From the NCBI RefSeq assembly GCF_006345805.1, contig NC_042998.1:34844001-34908000 (forward strand): a DNA stretch of 64,000 nt. Direction: 5' to 3'. The DNA is from Octopus sinensis (taxonomy: Eukaryota). A program made the position numbers and the translations under genes. The notes under the pieces are model-generated. The model saw only the letters and a list, made by a program, of their open reading frames with translations. It made no database searches and was not told the DNA's origin. Positions 26,954 to 39,870 of this stretch are shown here, piece after piece; position 1 is the stretch's first letter; each line of letters starts with the position of its first letter.

Positions 26954-28405
26954 TAGGAGGGAAAGTCAAAAATTATTCCCACTTTCGCCATAACAGATCT
27001 TTATTATTTTCACACTGCCTTCTGCGCATGCGTGCTTATAGCTGGTACTATTGTGGTCACGTGATGAAAGTTTTAGCCTGATCACGCCATTTTTCTTTCT
27101 GGGTTTACAGTATAAGTATTGCAGCTCCACTAGCAATGGGCACCAAATAAGAACAGTCAACCGATTTCTCTGGACGGAAGATGTGACCAAATGCTCAAAT
27201 TCATCGGAGGCTTTAAGCACAATACAGGGACAGTGCACAAGCACGTAGAAGTGTGTATGAATGGATCGAGAAGTTAAAAAGTTTTAATGGTGAACCGGTG
27301 AGTTATCATCGATGTGGTAGCTCGTTCCCTTGCAGATTAGTCATGGTTCTGCCTACCAAATCATCCATGATGAGCTGCCGTCCAAGAATTTGGACCCGGA
27401 GATCTCCATTTCCAGCGACTTCGAGAGCCACTTCCCAGTGGTGTCAGGCGTCAACGAAGAGCCCTCGACTACAACAAGACGACCAAAGTTTTTATTCCAA
27501 GGTCTGAGGTCCCCCGCCCCTAAGCCCTAGACCATCACCTATCACCCTTACCCGTCTTGTTGCTTAACAACAACAACAACAATCCACGATGAGCTCTGTT
27601 TTCATGGAGTCTGTGCAAGATGGGTGCCAAGAGAGCTTACTGCAGAGCACAAGCGCAAACGTCTTGAGGTCTGCCAATGTTTACTCAATCGCTACAAGAT
27701 TGAGAGCAAGGAATGTTTGAGCAGTATAGTCACAGGAGATAAAACATGAATCCATCATTATGAAGCAAAATCCAAAATAGAGAATATGAAGTGGAGACAT
27801 CTTGGCTCACCAGCGACGAAGAAATTCATGACTCAGTCTTCCACGAGAAAAGTGATGCTAACCCTTTTGGGGGATTCAAAAGAGCCTATACTGGAAGACA
27901 CCTGACAAAGGGGTGTACAATCAGCAGTACAAGATACAGTGCTTTGCTGGCCAACAAACTGAAGCCAGCAATTCGCACCAAACGCTGAAGACTATTGTTG
28001 AAGAAAGGTTTGTTGTTGCATGACAATGTATACCCAAACATTGAAACCCAGAACGTTGAAACCGTTAACCAATTGGATTTTGAGGTGCTAGAACATCATT
28101 CCTACAACCCAGATCTCGCCCCTTCCGACTATCATATCTTTGGACCGCTCAAAGATGGTTTACGGGGTCGTCGATTTCCCATGGATAAAGATGTGAAGGA
28201 AGCGCTGCATAAATGGTTGCACGACCAACTGAAAACATTCTTCAGACCTTCTTCTTGGTAGCGGTGGGGGAATACGCAAGTTTGTGGACCGCTGCATTGA
28301 AAAGGGAGGAGACTTATATAGACAAATGACGTACTTGTTTATCCCCTGCTTTTGTCTAAATACATTGAGAAAACAAGAGTTCCTATGATTTTTGACTCTC
28401 CGTCG

Positions 28406-28407
<2 letters not shown>
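26954..28407 (+). mobile_element. Mariner (DD34D) element with TIRs, pseudogenised
   Basis: TA-flanked TIRs ggagggaaagtcaaaaatt / atttttgactctccgtcg. Motifs WVPRELT, IVTGDKT, LLHDN and YNPDLAPSDYHIFGPLK. Confidence 0.9.
27378..27582 (+). mobile_element. Short retroposed insert with (CAA)n tail inside the mariner
   Basis: Target-site duplication atccatgatgagct / atccacgatgagct. Confidence 0.65.
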
Positions 28408-28439
<32 letters not shown>

Positions 28440-28827
28440 TATTTGAGACAAAACCACTATTTGCAAAACAAACAAGGAAAGACTTTTGCAAAATAGTGGT
28501 TTTGTCTCAAATAATATATATATATATATATATATATAAAAACAGAGCTAACAGTGAGGAATTATCAATCCGGGCAAAATTACTTTAGGTTATTCCATTT
28601 TTCTCATCTGATCAATAGACCTATTTAGTAATCCTATCAGTAACGTACCTATAATGATTACTGGAAACAGCTGTAAGCCATATTTACTCTAATAAAGGGA
28701 AAATATTTAATGAACATTATTTATACCTTGTCCTATACACACACGCATACAAACACACACACACACATACAAACACACACACACACATATATGTAGAAGG
28801 TTGAAAAGGAACACATGAATTGATATG

Positions 28828-29365
28828 TATAAGGAAAAGAGGACAAGGTAGAAAATGTTAAAATAATTTTGTCATGAAGAATATGTTAGTACCGCTTTCA
28901 GTCTTTGCGATATTTTCGACTTAGAGTGAAGTATGAAAAACAATTAAATTGTGGAAAAATTAAATAAAATATTTTTTAAAATATTTTCATAGTTTTCAAA
29001 TACGTGGGACATTTTCCCTTTTTTCTGTCTCTCTCTCTCTTTTACTTTTGTGAAGGTTCGGTAGGTTGGTCGTAGCAGATCTGAAGAAACATTTAATATG
29101 AGGGATGTCGGTTCTGATCTGTTACCATCTACGTACCGAGCCTTCATAAAAGTAAAAGAGACAGACAGACAGAGAGAAAAAAAAAGGAAAATGTCACACT
29201 TATTTGAAAACTATGGAAATATTTTAAAAAAAACCATCTCATTTAATTTTTCTGCAATTTGTTTTTTACTCTAAGTCGAAAAAGTCGCAAAGTCTGAAAC
29301 CGGTACCAAAATGTTCTTCATGATAAGATTATTTTAGCATTTTCTACTTTGTCCTATTTTCCTTG

Positions 29366-29367
<2 letters not shown>
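28828..29367. repeat. ~540-bp imperfect palindrome
   Basis: Arms ~28828-29080 and ~29115-29367 are reverse complements. Confidence 0.85.
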
Positions 29368-29401
<34 letters not shown>

Positions 29402-29419
29402 GTGTGTGTGTGTGTGTGT

Positions 29420-29461
<42 letters not shown>

Positions 29462-31242
29462 TACATACATACACACACGTATTTAACGGACCTTAATTCA
29501 GCTTTAAACAAAATCCAAAGAATAATTGATGCAACCCTCTTAATAGACTTTCTGTTAAGAATCAATGCTCGAAATTTAATACAAGATTTTAACAAAATCG
29601 AGCAGGATTTGATGAGAAGAAATCAACGGTGTTATTGTTTGGTCGCAAATTAAACACGTAATGACATTTCTGATAGAGGAAATCAGTATTTTCGTTTTAT
29701 ACAAGTAACAATATGCTCAAGTTTATAATGCAACGCTTGGCGTCCATAGCATGCATAATTATTATAATGATAACTAGTTTTTGGAAAAGCACATTATTCG
29801 CTAACATACTTTTTTTCATAGTAAACGTGAAATTTTAAATCAAATGCTTTCATACAAATCAGCTAAATATCAATATAACTTGGAATGAAATTAATTAGAT
29901 GTACGAAATTAATCTAGTCATTAATCAGTTCCTTGAACAGTTATATAATCTAATTAAGAATAATTAGAAAAAGATAACATTCATTAATTTTTCTATTAAT
30001 TTCATTGGAGTAGAATATAGGTGAGCATCATAAGATATGAACATACATACAGGAATAAATAATAATGGTGTGTGTATGGATGTATACTTTGTTCTTTATA
30101 ATGTTATAAAGTCGGAAAGGGAACGTCCATGGTCCTTTTTATGTCCTTCGATGCTATATAGAGGATGTTGAAGGTTCTTTTTTATGTCCTTCGATGCTAT
30201 ATAGAGGATGTTCACGGTTCGTAGTTTCCAAGAAATTGGACTCCGCTAAAGTCATCCAAAGAACAGGCGAAGGAGCTAAACCAGGATTCAATTATTATTG
30301 TTCTTGTTGATTTTGTTCTCATATATGTTTCGAATTGCATTTGTAACAAGTTTGTGATTTGTAGGAATGGACCCTGGTGAGAAAATGTAAATTTGTACAC
30401 ACCAAAGCATGTTAGGTAGTATACATAATTATTTGATGTAGTGTTTGAAGACAAATGCCGCATACATTAAACTATTGTATCAATAAAAACCGAGAACTGT
30501 GAAAGTATGAGAATAAAACTTTTATTTCAAAGCTAAATCCCAAACAAAAGAATTATAAAATATTTAGCTTTTTAGTATCAGACATGCTAAGGGCTACAAG
30601 AAAAGTTATTTTGGAAAATGGAAATATTTAATTTTACATCATACAGGTTAATCTTGTCTTCGAAAAAGCTAAATATTTAAATATTATGAATCAGTGTGCA
30701 AAGGTTATACAAACAGAAATGTCTAGCGTTTGGTTTCTTCAATGTTGTCCATAGAAATTTTGATATTTTGTTATTTAGATTTCGTCAACAAATCTTAAGG
30801 CGATGTCAATATCTAACAAGTTGTGTACAGTCTCCAGTTAAGTGCACCCAATGTACTAAACTCTCTCATATAATTTTAACCCAGACAACCCATCGGAAAT
30901 ATTTTGCTTTGGTCTTGTTATCCAGGCCAAAACTGCAGCCCGATCGAATTCTGTAGCTGCCAACAGCAAACTTGTTAGAACATCAAATGCGTCGATCTCA
31001 CCTTTCTAGAAAGATCACAGGCACCACTACTGTGCATGAATCAGGATTTCTAATATTGGAACAAGAACACAGATATATGGGAAGCAGAGCAATTAATTTT
31101 ATCGGTTACAGTTCCTGACAGGTTATTTGCTTATCTTGATTGGCGAAAGGTAAAGCCGCGATGATTTAAACACTTGACATTAAGTTATGTGGTTAAGTAC
31201 AATATATTTTATTCAGTACTTTGTTAAGAGCATTATATTATT

Positions 31243-31800
31243 CTTTTCTACTCTGGGCACAAGGTCTGAAATTTTGAGGGAGGGGGCCAGTCGATTAGAT
31301 CGACCCCAGTACGGAGCTGGTACTTAATTTATCGACCCCGAAAGGATGAAAGGCGAAGACGACCTCGGTGGAATTTGAACTCAGCACGTAACGGCAGACG
31401 AAATACCTATTTCTTTACTACCCACAAGGGGCTAAACACAGAAGGGACAAACAAGGACAGACAAACGGATTAAGTCGATTATATCGACCCTAGTGCGTAA
31501 CTGGTACTTATTTAATCGACCCCGAAAGGATAAAAGGCAAAGTCAACATCGGCGGAATTTGAACTCAGAACGTAGCGGCAGACGAAATACCTATTTCTTT
31601 ACTACCCACAAGGGGCTAAACACAGAAGGGACAGACATGGACAGACAAACGGATTAGGTCGATTATATCGACCCTAGTGCGTAACTTGTACTTATTTAAT
31701 CGACCCCGAAAGGATAAAAGGCAAAGACCACCTCGACGGAATTTGAACTCAGAACGTAGCGGCAGACGAAATACCGCTAAGCATTTCGCCCAGCGTGCTA
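31243..31800 (-). repeat. Tandem array of three SINE A units
   Basis: Older-tail unit plus two young units, flanked by a taagagcat duplication. Confidence 0.88.
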
Positions 31801-32159
31801 AAGTAAGAGCATTATATTATGTGTGGCCTGTCGTTACATTAGACGGTGTGAGATAATTTGTGGGAGATTTGGCTGTTTTTCCTATCTGATTGTGTGGCCA
31901 CGTAGATACATCCTTATTGAGATGAATTAGAATGATAAAAGATTTATCTTCATTGTAAAGTTCTTGAGAATCAAAGATGAACTTGTCAATGGAATGTGCC
32001 TGTACGTTTGTCAATGTGAGTATTGGTGGCCAACATATTGACATCCTTTTAAATTCTCTTGTTCACTTAACTAAAGATTTGCAGAGACACCTTTTCCGTT
32101 CTGAGTTCAAATCCTATCAGTGTTCTCCCTTTAGTGACAGCTTGGTGACCTAAAGTTTT

Positions 32160-32920
32160 ACGCAACTGAATCTCATCCCTAGTAGCACAGTTAGGCTACT
32201 TTGGATGCATTCAGAATTACTCCGATTCTGAAACTTAGCTCATCAAAATATATTAATGGGCACACGCATCTACAGCATAACATTTGTATTCTTCTGATTC
32301 AACTGATACAGTATCACAGGCATGGATACAATAACTGGAGATTCTTTAAAGTTGGTGAAAAGGTATATATGAGCGTATATAAGAATGGAACGCAGAGTTG
32401 GGAAGATTGCGTAATTACCAAACGCATAGAAAAGGCATGCAAAAAAGACATAGGAATGAACTGTAAAAGAGATTCGTGGAAAGCGAACCAAAAAAGTTGG
32501 AGGAACGGATGGACTGGTTGTACGGTACATTCCAAGTACCAACACCACTGCAGGTGATTGAACCCAGGAATACAAGTAAGAGGAAAAGAAAACATGCAGA
32601 GGTCCTAAATATAGATTCCAAGCGTAAAAAATATTAAATCGTACGGAAAAAAAATATCAAAAAAGGGAGGTGGGTGAATAAAAAGAATATTGCTAAATAA
32701 TATGACACTTCCTAAGTAAAACTTAAAAGAGAATTGGTAATAATAGTACACCCCCACCCCATGTGACGAATGAAATAAGCGAGTCACTATAAGTAAAGAG
32801 AAATACGTGAAGTACAAGAGTACATAGTAGACGGTCAGAGTCGTGTCTACTGGTTTTACTAAGTATACTGTATACCGAAGTGGACGTTATAACAATCCAG
32901 AGATTTAAGGATTATAACAC
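32160..32920 (+). mobile_element. Probable Ty3/Gypsy 3' remnant (integrase tail, PPT, LTR)
   Basis: FKVGEKVYMSVYKNGTQSWED.VITKRI, polypurine tract aaaaaagggagg followed by TG, and a candidate LTR ending ...ataaca. Confidence 0.5.
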
Positions 32921-35218
32921 TAAGCAAGGCAGAAACTTTGTGGTAGCTTTTTGGAGGAGGAGATAGTTTGGGTGGAGATAACTTCCTCTATCGCTACAAT
33001 CTGAAAAGGTTATAGGTACTACTCCATCGCCTCTGGTAGAGTAAGACAATAAATAAGATAGAAAGAAAGTGGGATAAATTTCATGGGCCGGGAGACTGAG
33101 CAGTGTTAATAATAGTTGCTGATACGATATGAACTATTGACCTTTCCTTTAATAAAACCAGACACCCAACCAGCTTTTTGTTGCTTTCCTTCTTTACTCA
33201 TCTAATCTCTTTCCACGGATAAGACAGAAAAAAGTAATCGATACGGTATGTATGAATTTGTACACCTTTAGAAATGATATATTCTTTTTTAACATTGCTT
33301 TATTTACTTTTTTAACATATGTCTCCCTTTATTCTCTGACACTTGGCAATGCTTTTTAGCTGACAGCATTCATTCAATGTTTCTGAAATGAAAACTGAAA
33401 AACTGTAGGTGTAAAAGAAGCGAAGAATTTCAACATTCTAGTTTTGATTGACATTTGCGTAATTTCTCTATGTCGGCCAACTTTTGTATGGTGCTTGATG
33501 TGTTTAGCAGAACTTATTTGAAAGCCCGAAATATGTTTTCAGATCTGATGGCTGGGACGACGGTCAAGATCTACAACAAACCAGCTTCTGAATTAGTAGT
33601 TATCGGATATTGTCATCAACTAGAGTCAATATTAAAGAAGCCAGTATATGCGCATATATCTATATATACATACACACACTCATGCATACACACATACACA
33701 CACACATATAAAGGTATACATGTTTATATTTATATGTGTGTATATGCTTTTGTGTCTGTGTACGTGAGTTGCAGTGGTCTTGTTGATACATACACACGCA
33801 CGTACACACACATTTACACAAACACACACACATATATATGGGGATAAATCGATAGATAGATAGATGCATAAATATATAGATAGATAGATAGATAGGCAGG
33901 TAGGTAGGTGGGTAGGTAGGTAGATAGATAGATAGATAGATAGATATAGATAGATAGATAGATAGATAATACACACACATATATATTTATATGTATTGTA
34001 TGTATATGTATGTTTGCGTATTGATTGCAAATCATATATGTAGAATCATATTGACAAGTTGTAGACATACGCTGGTGGAATATTAGCTATTGCCATTCTG
34101 AACATTTTAAAACGACTCGATTTGTCGGTTGGCTTGACAGCTGAAAAGGATGGGCTATTACAGGTCCCAAAGAGGAACAAAAGCTACAATGGAGAATCGG
34201 TTGTTTGCTTATTGTGTGGAAGGACGACATAAAATCCAATCCAGAAGGAAATAAAGTCATTTAGAAACATCGAAATCGTCACATCAATATGAAAATCCTT
34301 CCATCTCCGAAGTAACAATGAAATGTTAAAACGCTTAATATTTTGCTTCAGGCGTTGTCGAGTGTTTAAATACACTTCTCTTGCAGCTATTTGAGAGATA
34401 ATGAGAAATGGCATAAATGCATTCACAGAGAACAGCTCCGTATTTTCATTGCTGTGATTTGATTCATAATGAGTGTTTAAATTCAAAGAACAGTAAATCA
34501 CCCTCGCATATATGTCAAGACACACACTCCTACATACACGTATATGTTTGTACGTATATATGAATTTATATACAAGTGTCTAAGAAGAAGCAATAAAACA
34601 ACATTAAAATCTTATAATATTTAGTGTTTCGTTCTGATGTTAAATCTTAATAAGAGCGGCTTCGCATATTTTCTATCCTTGTTCGACAAGCTAATTACCT
34701 ATAATTCACAGGAGTTGATTGATTGCACTGCACTGCATCTGAGAAATTATCCTAGCGAAATTGCGAAAGAAACTTCTCTATATTTTAATAGAGAAAATAC
34801 ATTTCGTAATAAAATATTATTTGATTTATATAAGGTAAACTTAGCATATACCTGGGGAAATGGGAGATTGTGATGCTCATTCATTTCCTGAACGGATTAT
34901 TTATGTAGGTGGAGTCCAGCAGAACTATTATCAAAAGGGTGCCATCAAGAACAGTCCTTTCTATTTTGTTTGTCTAGGATAACTGCGTTTATAGGTTTTT
35001 CTTCCCAATTTTTAAATCTCGAGGCGACATTCGAAAGTGTTTTAGGTTATATTTATTAACACATTAGTTTATTTATTATGTATTACAGTTTATGAACAAT
35101 AGCATTGTTGTATATAAGTGGTGAGTCCCAGGTTTGCTGTAATTTTGAAGCTGAGAGTAACAAGTGTCTGTTTATAATTTGTTGTAGGAGCAGTGCAATG
35201 CAGCTGTTATATATATAT

Positions 35219-35284
<66 letters not shown>

Positions 35285-35306
<22 letters not shown>

Positions 35307-35640
35307 CGTATACACACACACATATATATGTGTGTATCTGTGTGTAGTTAAGTCCATGTCTAGTCATAGGGTGACCAGTGGTTTCGCATTCATAAATGCC
35401 TTAGCCCCATAGACGTCTCGTCAGACACTAAAACTGAAGACAATGCTTCCCAGAAGTGAAGAGTTTCATTTAGTTTCGGTTTTAGAGTCTGATCAGATGT
35501 TCACAGGGCTAAGGCCTTTGTGAATACAAAACCATTGGTCACTCTGTGACCGGACATACACTTAAGTACATATAAATACATTACTGCTCTATGCTTTAGA
35601 GTGTGTTTCTTAATCGGATATATAATCCACTGACGATATA

Positions 35641-35698
<58 letters not shown>

Positions 35699-36033
35699 GT
35701 ATGTACGTATACACACACACATATATATGTGTGTATCTGTGTGTAGTTAAGTCCATGTCTAGTCATAGGGTGACCAGTGGTTTCGCATTCATAAATGCCT
35801 TAGCCCCATAGACGTCTCGTCAGACACTAAAACTGAAGACAAATGCTTCCCAGAAGTGAAGAGTTTCATTTAGTTTCGGTTTTAGAGTCTGATCAGATGT
35901 TCACAGGGCTAAGGCCTTTGTGAATACAAAACCATTGGTCACTCTGTGACCGGACATACACTTAAGTACATATAAATACATTACTGCTCTATGCTTTAGA
36001 GTGTGTTTCTTAATCGGATATATAATCCACTGA

Positions 36034-36040
<7 letters not shown>
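35285..36040. repeat. Tandem duplication (~400 bp) of a 250-bp palindrome carrying two decayed hammerheads
   Basis: Palindromes at 35333-35580 and 35732-35980. The non-microsatellite parts differ by about one base. Confidence 0.85.
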
Positions 36041-36118
<78 letters not shown>

Positions 36119-36254
36119 GGAAGTAAATAGACACCTTTCATATTCAAAATTTCTGATCTAAGCTTCTTAATGTTTTCAGCGGTGTAAAATTTACAATATA
36201 ATTATTCTTTTTCATTCCAGATGCCATTATATTAAATATTTGCGAAGAGTAACC

Positions 36255-37043
36255 ATGCCACGCACAAAAAATTCAGCAGAACTGTCAGATTTTCAAAGAG
36301 GTCGTATTGTTGAGCAATCTGAGCCAGCGAAAAATTGCCGAAAGTCTTCAAATTCCTCTTACAATTGTTAATATATTTATAGTGCAATTCAAAAGCCAAG
36401 GAAAAGAATCAACAGTTTCTCGTCCCGGCCGATCTGGGCCCTCGGAAAGGAAGCTTCACTGTTTGAAGAGAATTGTGGAAAACGAATCCCTTTCGAGGGC
36501 TTCTGACATTGCGAAACAGCTAGAAGCTAGTCCAAGAACGTGTGTTACATATCTGCATAAGCTTGGGTATTATGGACGAGTAGCCAGAAGAAAACCTCTC
36601 CTTCAACCAATTAATATCATGAAAAGAAAGAAATGGGCTAAGGAGATGTCAGAAAAATCCAGTTCGTTTTGGGATAGAGCGATTTTCTCAGATGAATCAA
36701 GATTTGTATTATTTTCAGACAATGGACGTGTTTGGGTTTGGAGGCTTCCGAATCAAGAATTTGATTTGAAACATCTCCTGAAACGGTATCTCTGTGATTG
36801 TACTGGCAGCTGTCACCAGCAATGGTCGTTCTGAGTTGATCGAATGTTTTGGAACCATAAACTCTGAAAAATACATCGAAATACTTAAGCGAGGGCTACT
36901 TCCAATGTATTCACACGATAGAATAACGAAAATGAGTTTTTATTCGTGGAAGATGTGGCTCCATGCCACACAGCGAAAAGGAATCAACAATGGCTGACTG
37001 AAAATGGGATCAAAAAGCTTCCTTGGCCGAGCCAATCTCCTGA
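36255..37043 (+). mobile_element. Tc1-like (DD34E) transposase pseudogene, 3'-truncated
   Basis: ELSDFQRGRIV, GYYGRVARRKPLL, AIFSDESRF, MEDVAPCHTA and LPWPSQSPD, with frameshifts. Confidence 0.9.
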
Positions 37044-37698
37044 CATTTTTCCATTTCCTTTTATACATCTGTTAGGTTTGTTCGTGCATTTCATTGGTTT
37101 GTTGTCATTATTACTATCCGTATTAAACGGTGCGATTCTTTATAACTTTGGCTGTAGTTTCATGGGTTCTGTTTTATATTTCCCCCTACAATTGTCATGG
37201 GTTTTTTCTTTCCTTTTTGGCCCCTATTATATTTATTATTTTTCTAGGTTCTGGTATCCGGTGGCTATTTATATGATTATTTTCATTATTAAGGCCCTCT
37301 GGGTATTGGGCATTTATATATATACTCTGTATATGTATGTATACGGACATCACATACGCCGAGAATATAAAACAAGAGAATGCAAACAAATTTACCATCC
37401 GACACGATTCTTTGGTCAGTTACATCCAAGGGAGATAAACGCTTAAAATATGTCATCTAAGAGCAGCACCAATTGATTTATTGTTTTCTTTACGAGAATA
37501 TCCGCAAATTTCAACGAGACTTTGTGTTTTCATCTAGAAAGGAGTCGAACACCATTCCCTCACGTGATCGACTTGAAAAATTGAAAAGATATTAAGATAT
37601 TTTTCTATTTTGCTTAACATGAAACCAGTGGTAGCTTTAAGTCACAAATAATGAAATTCTATCCAGCAATGCAGTCTTGAGCACTCATTTTCATAGTT

Positions 37699-37786
<88 letters not shown>

Positions 37787-37804
37787 GCGTATATATCTAT
37801 ATCT

Positions 37805-37846
<42 letters not shown>

Positions 37847-38336
37847 AACACATACATGTGTGAGTGTGTACATATGTATAACTATATATGTAGGTGAGTG
37901 TGTGTGTGTGTGTCTGTGTGTTTTTAAGAATCACTTACATGCACACACATACTTTCGAATTATGCATATAAATAAGTATGCGTTTGTATAATTTTATTTG
38001 TTTAGAGTAATGAATAACTTTCTTTATTCGAAATAAAATATTTATAATTACGTGCTGAAGCACTATTTTCCTTCATCAATAAATTTGCTGCATAAATAAA
38101 ATACCGATTATGTGTACAAGAAGCACAACAGGAATAAAGAAATCTTAATCTGGTTTATATATTTTAATTGCCGCTTGAAAATGTGCAACTCTAATGAGAG
38201 TTTATTCGTCTGCTTTATAAAAGAAAAAAAAAAGGAAGAAAATTCTGGTTCTCTTTGATGGTCTGTGCATGCGAAATTTACTTAACATCACATCTTCATG
38301 CAATGGTAAATACAACTACAATTAGCTTTTTTCCTG

Positions 38337-38376
<40 letters not shown>

Positions 38377-38769
38377 CAGCAAATAATATAAAAAAATTAT
38401 GATTCTTTTCTATACATATTTTGGATTCAATGTTATAAATTGAATTTTTCTGAGATTTATGCAGTTTAACATCCACACGGGTTGTGGCGTATAAATAAAG
38501 TTTATCAAACTATATTAATTAAGAAGTAAATACACACACACATATACATACGCCGTATATAAACACGCATATATATAGGTATATGTATATATATATATAC
38601 ATACAAATAAGTTATATGTAATATATATAAATGTATGTTTATGTATATGTATACGATGGCATGTATGTGTATGTATGAATGTGTGTGTGTGCGTGTTTTA
38701 ATGTTTGGTTTATGTTCAGCTATAATAAAATCAATTTTGCATTATTAATCTGATTTACTATTCTTGGGC

Positions 38770-39154
38770 AGTCCGAGGAGGGGTTAACTGGCTGGAACTC
38801 CGAAGTCACCATTAATAGGAGACCCCTTTCGGTCATGAATGACCATGGGATTGCACCTAGAAAGTTACCTCCCAAGGCACAAGTCAGGGAAAGATTGTTT
38901 ATGGAAGACCAGCAGTCGCCCATGCATACCAGCCTCCCCTCTCCACACCACTGATGTTACCCAAGGGAAAGCAAAGGGGCCGATACAGCTTGGCACCAGT
39001 GATGTCGCAACTCATTTCTACAGATGAGTGAACTAGAGCAACGTGTATTATAGTGTCTTGCTGAAGAACACACCACATAGCCCGGTCCGGGAATCGAACT
39101 CACAACCTCACGATCGAAAGCTCTACGCTCTAACCACTAAGCCATGTGCCTTCA
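38770..39154 (-). mobile_element. SINE family C-like
   Basis: tRNA-like head tggcttagtggttagagcg...gagttcgattccc, with core shared with 24145-24363. Confidence 0.75.
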
Positions 39155-39461
39155 CTCACCATTAATAATCTTCTCATTTTAGAATTATATATATATATAT
39201 TTGATTGATTGAGTGATTGATTTCTTCATCTTCACAGATGGCCATCTTTTTGTACTTCCTTTTTGTCAATGGCATTTCTGACTTCCCTTCCGTGACCGCT
39301 CAGATACGTACGTACGTACGTACATACATACATACATACATACATACATACATACATACATACATACATACATACATACATACATGCATGCATGCATACA
39401 TACATACATACATACATACATACATACATACATACATACATACATACATGCATACATACTG

Positions 39462-39870
39462 ATATAATGATTTGGAAATCGTTATATCAGTTGTGGAAAA
39501 TAGCCGCCCAGCGGTTGTTAACATGAAGCTGAAGATCAGTGAAAAAGAGAACACCTATGCTGAACTATTGAGAAATCTGAAGTCACTCCATCCAGATTAT
39601 AAGTTCAGGTTTATACCAGTAATTATTTGGGCTCTGGGATCTGTAACATGCTGCCTAAATACCAATCTTCTGGAATTAGGCCTCTCAAAACTAGAAAGGA
39701 AAAAGCTAATTCTAAGACTACAGATCCATTTCATCACTGGAACTGTAAAAATCTGTAAAACTTTCCGTAAGTTTATCATTTAAACATATATGATCATGTC
39801 TAGATATGCAGCTATATGCATGAGAATACACACATAAAGCCAAACATACAAATCTGCACATATACATACA
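39462..39870 (+). mobile_element. R4/Dong-clade LINE 3' fragment within (TACA)n
   Basis: RLE C-terminus VVENSRP...KENTYAELL...FIPVIIWALG, homologous to 43611-43860. Confidence 0.75.

Noticed and set aside
30135-30212. Short direct repeat of ~35 bp
   Set aside because: Only two copies, an ordinary local duplication.
36946-37446. 166-aa ORF with hydrophobic tail suggesting a transposase-membrane fusion
   Set aside because: Tc1 sequence stops at SPD (37043); the rest is read-through into T-rich unrelated DNA.
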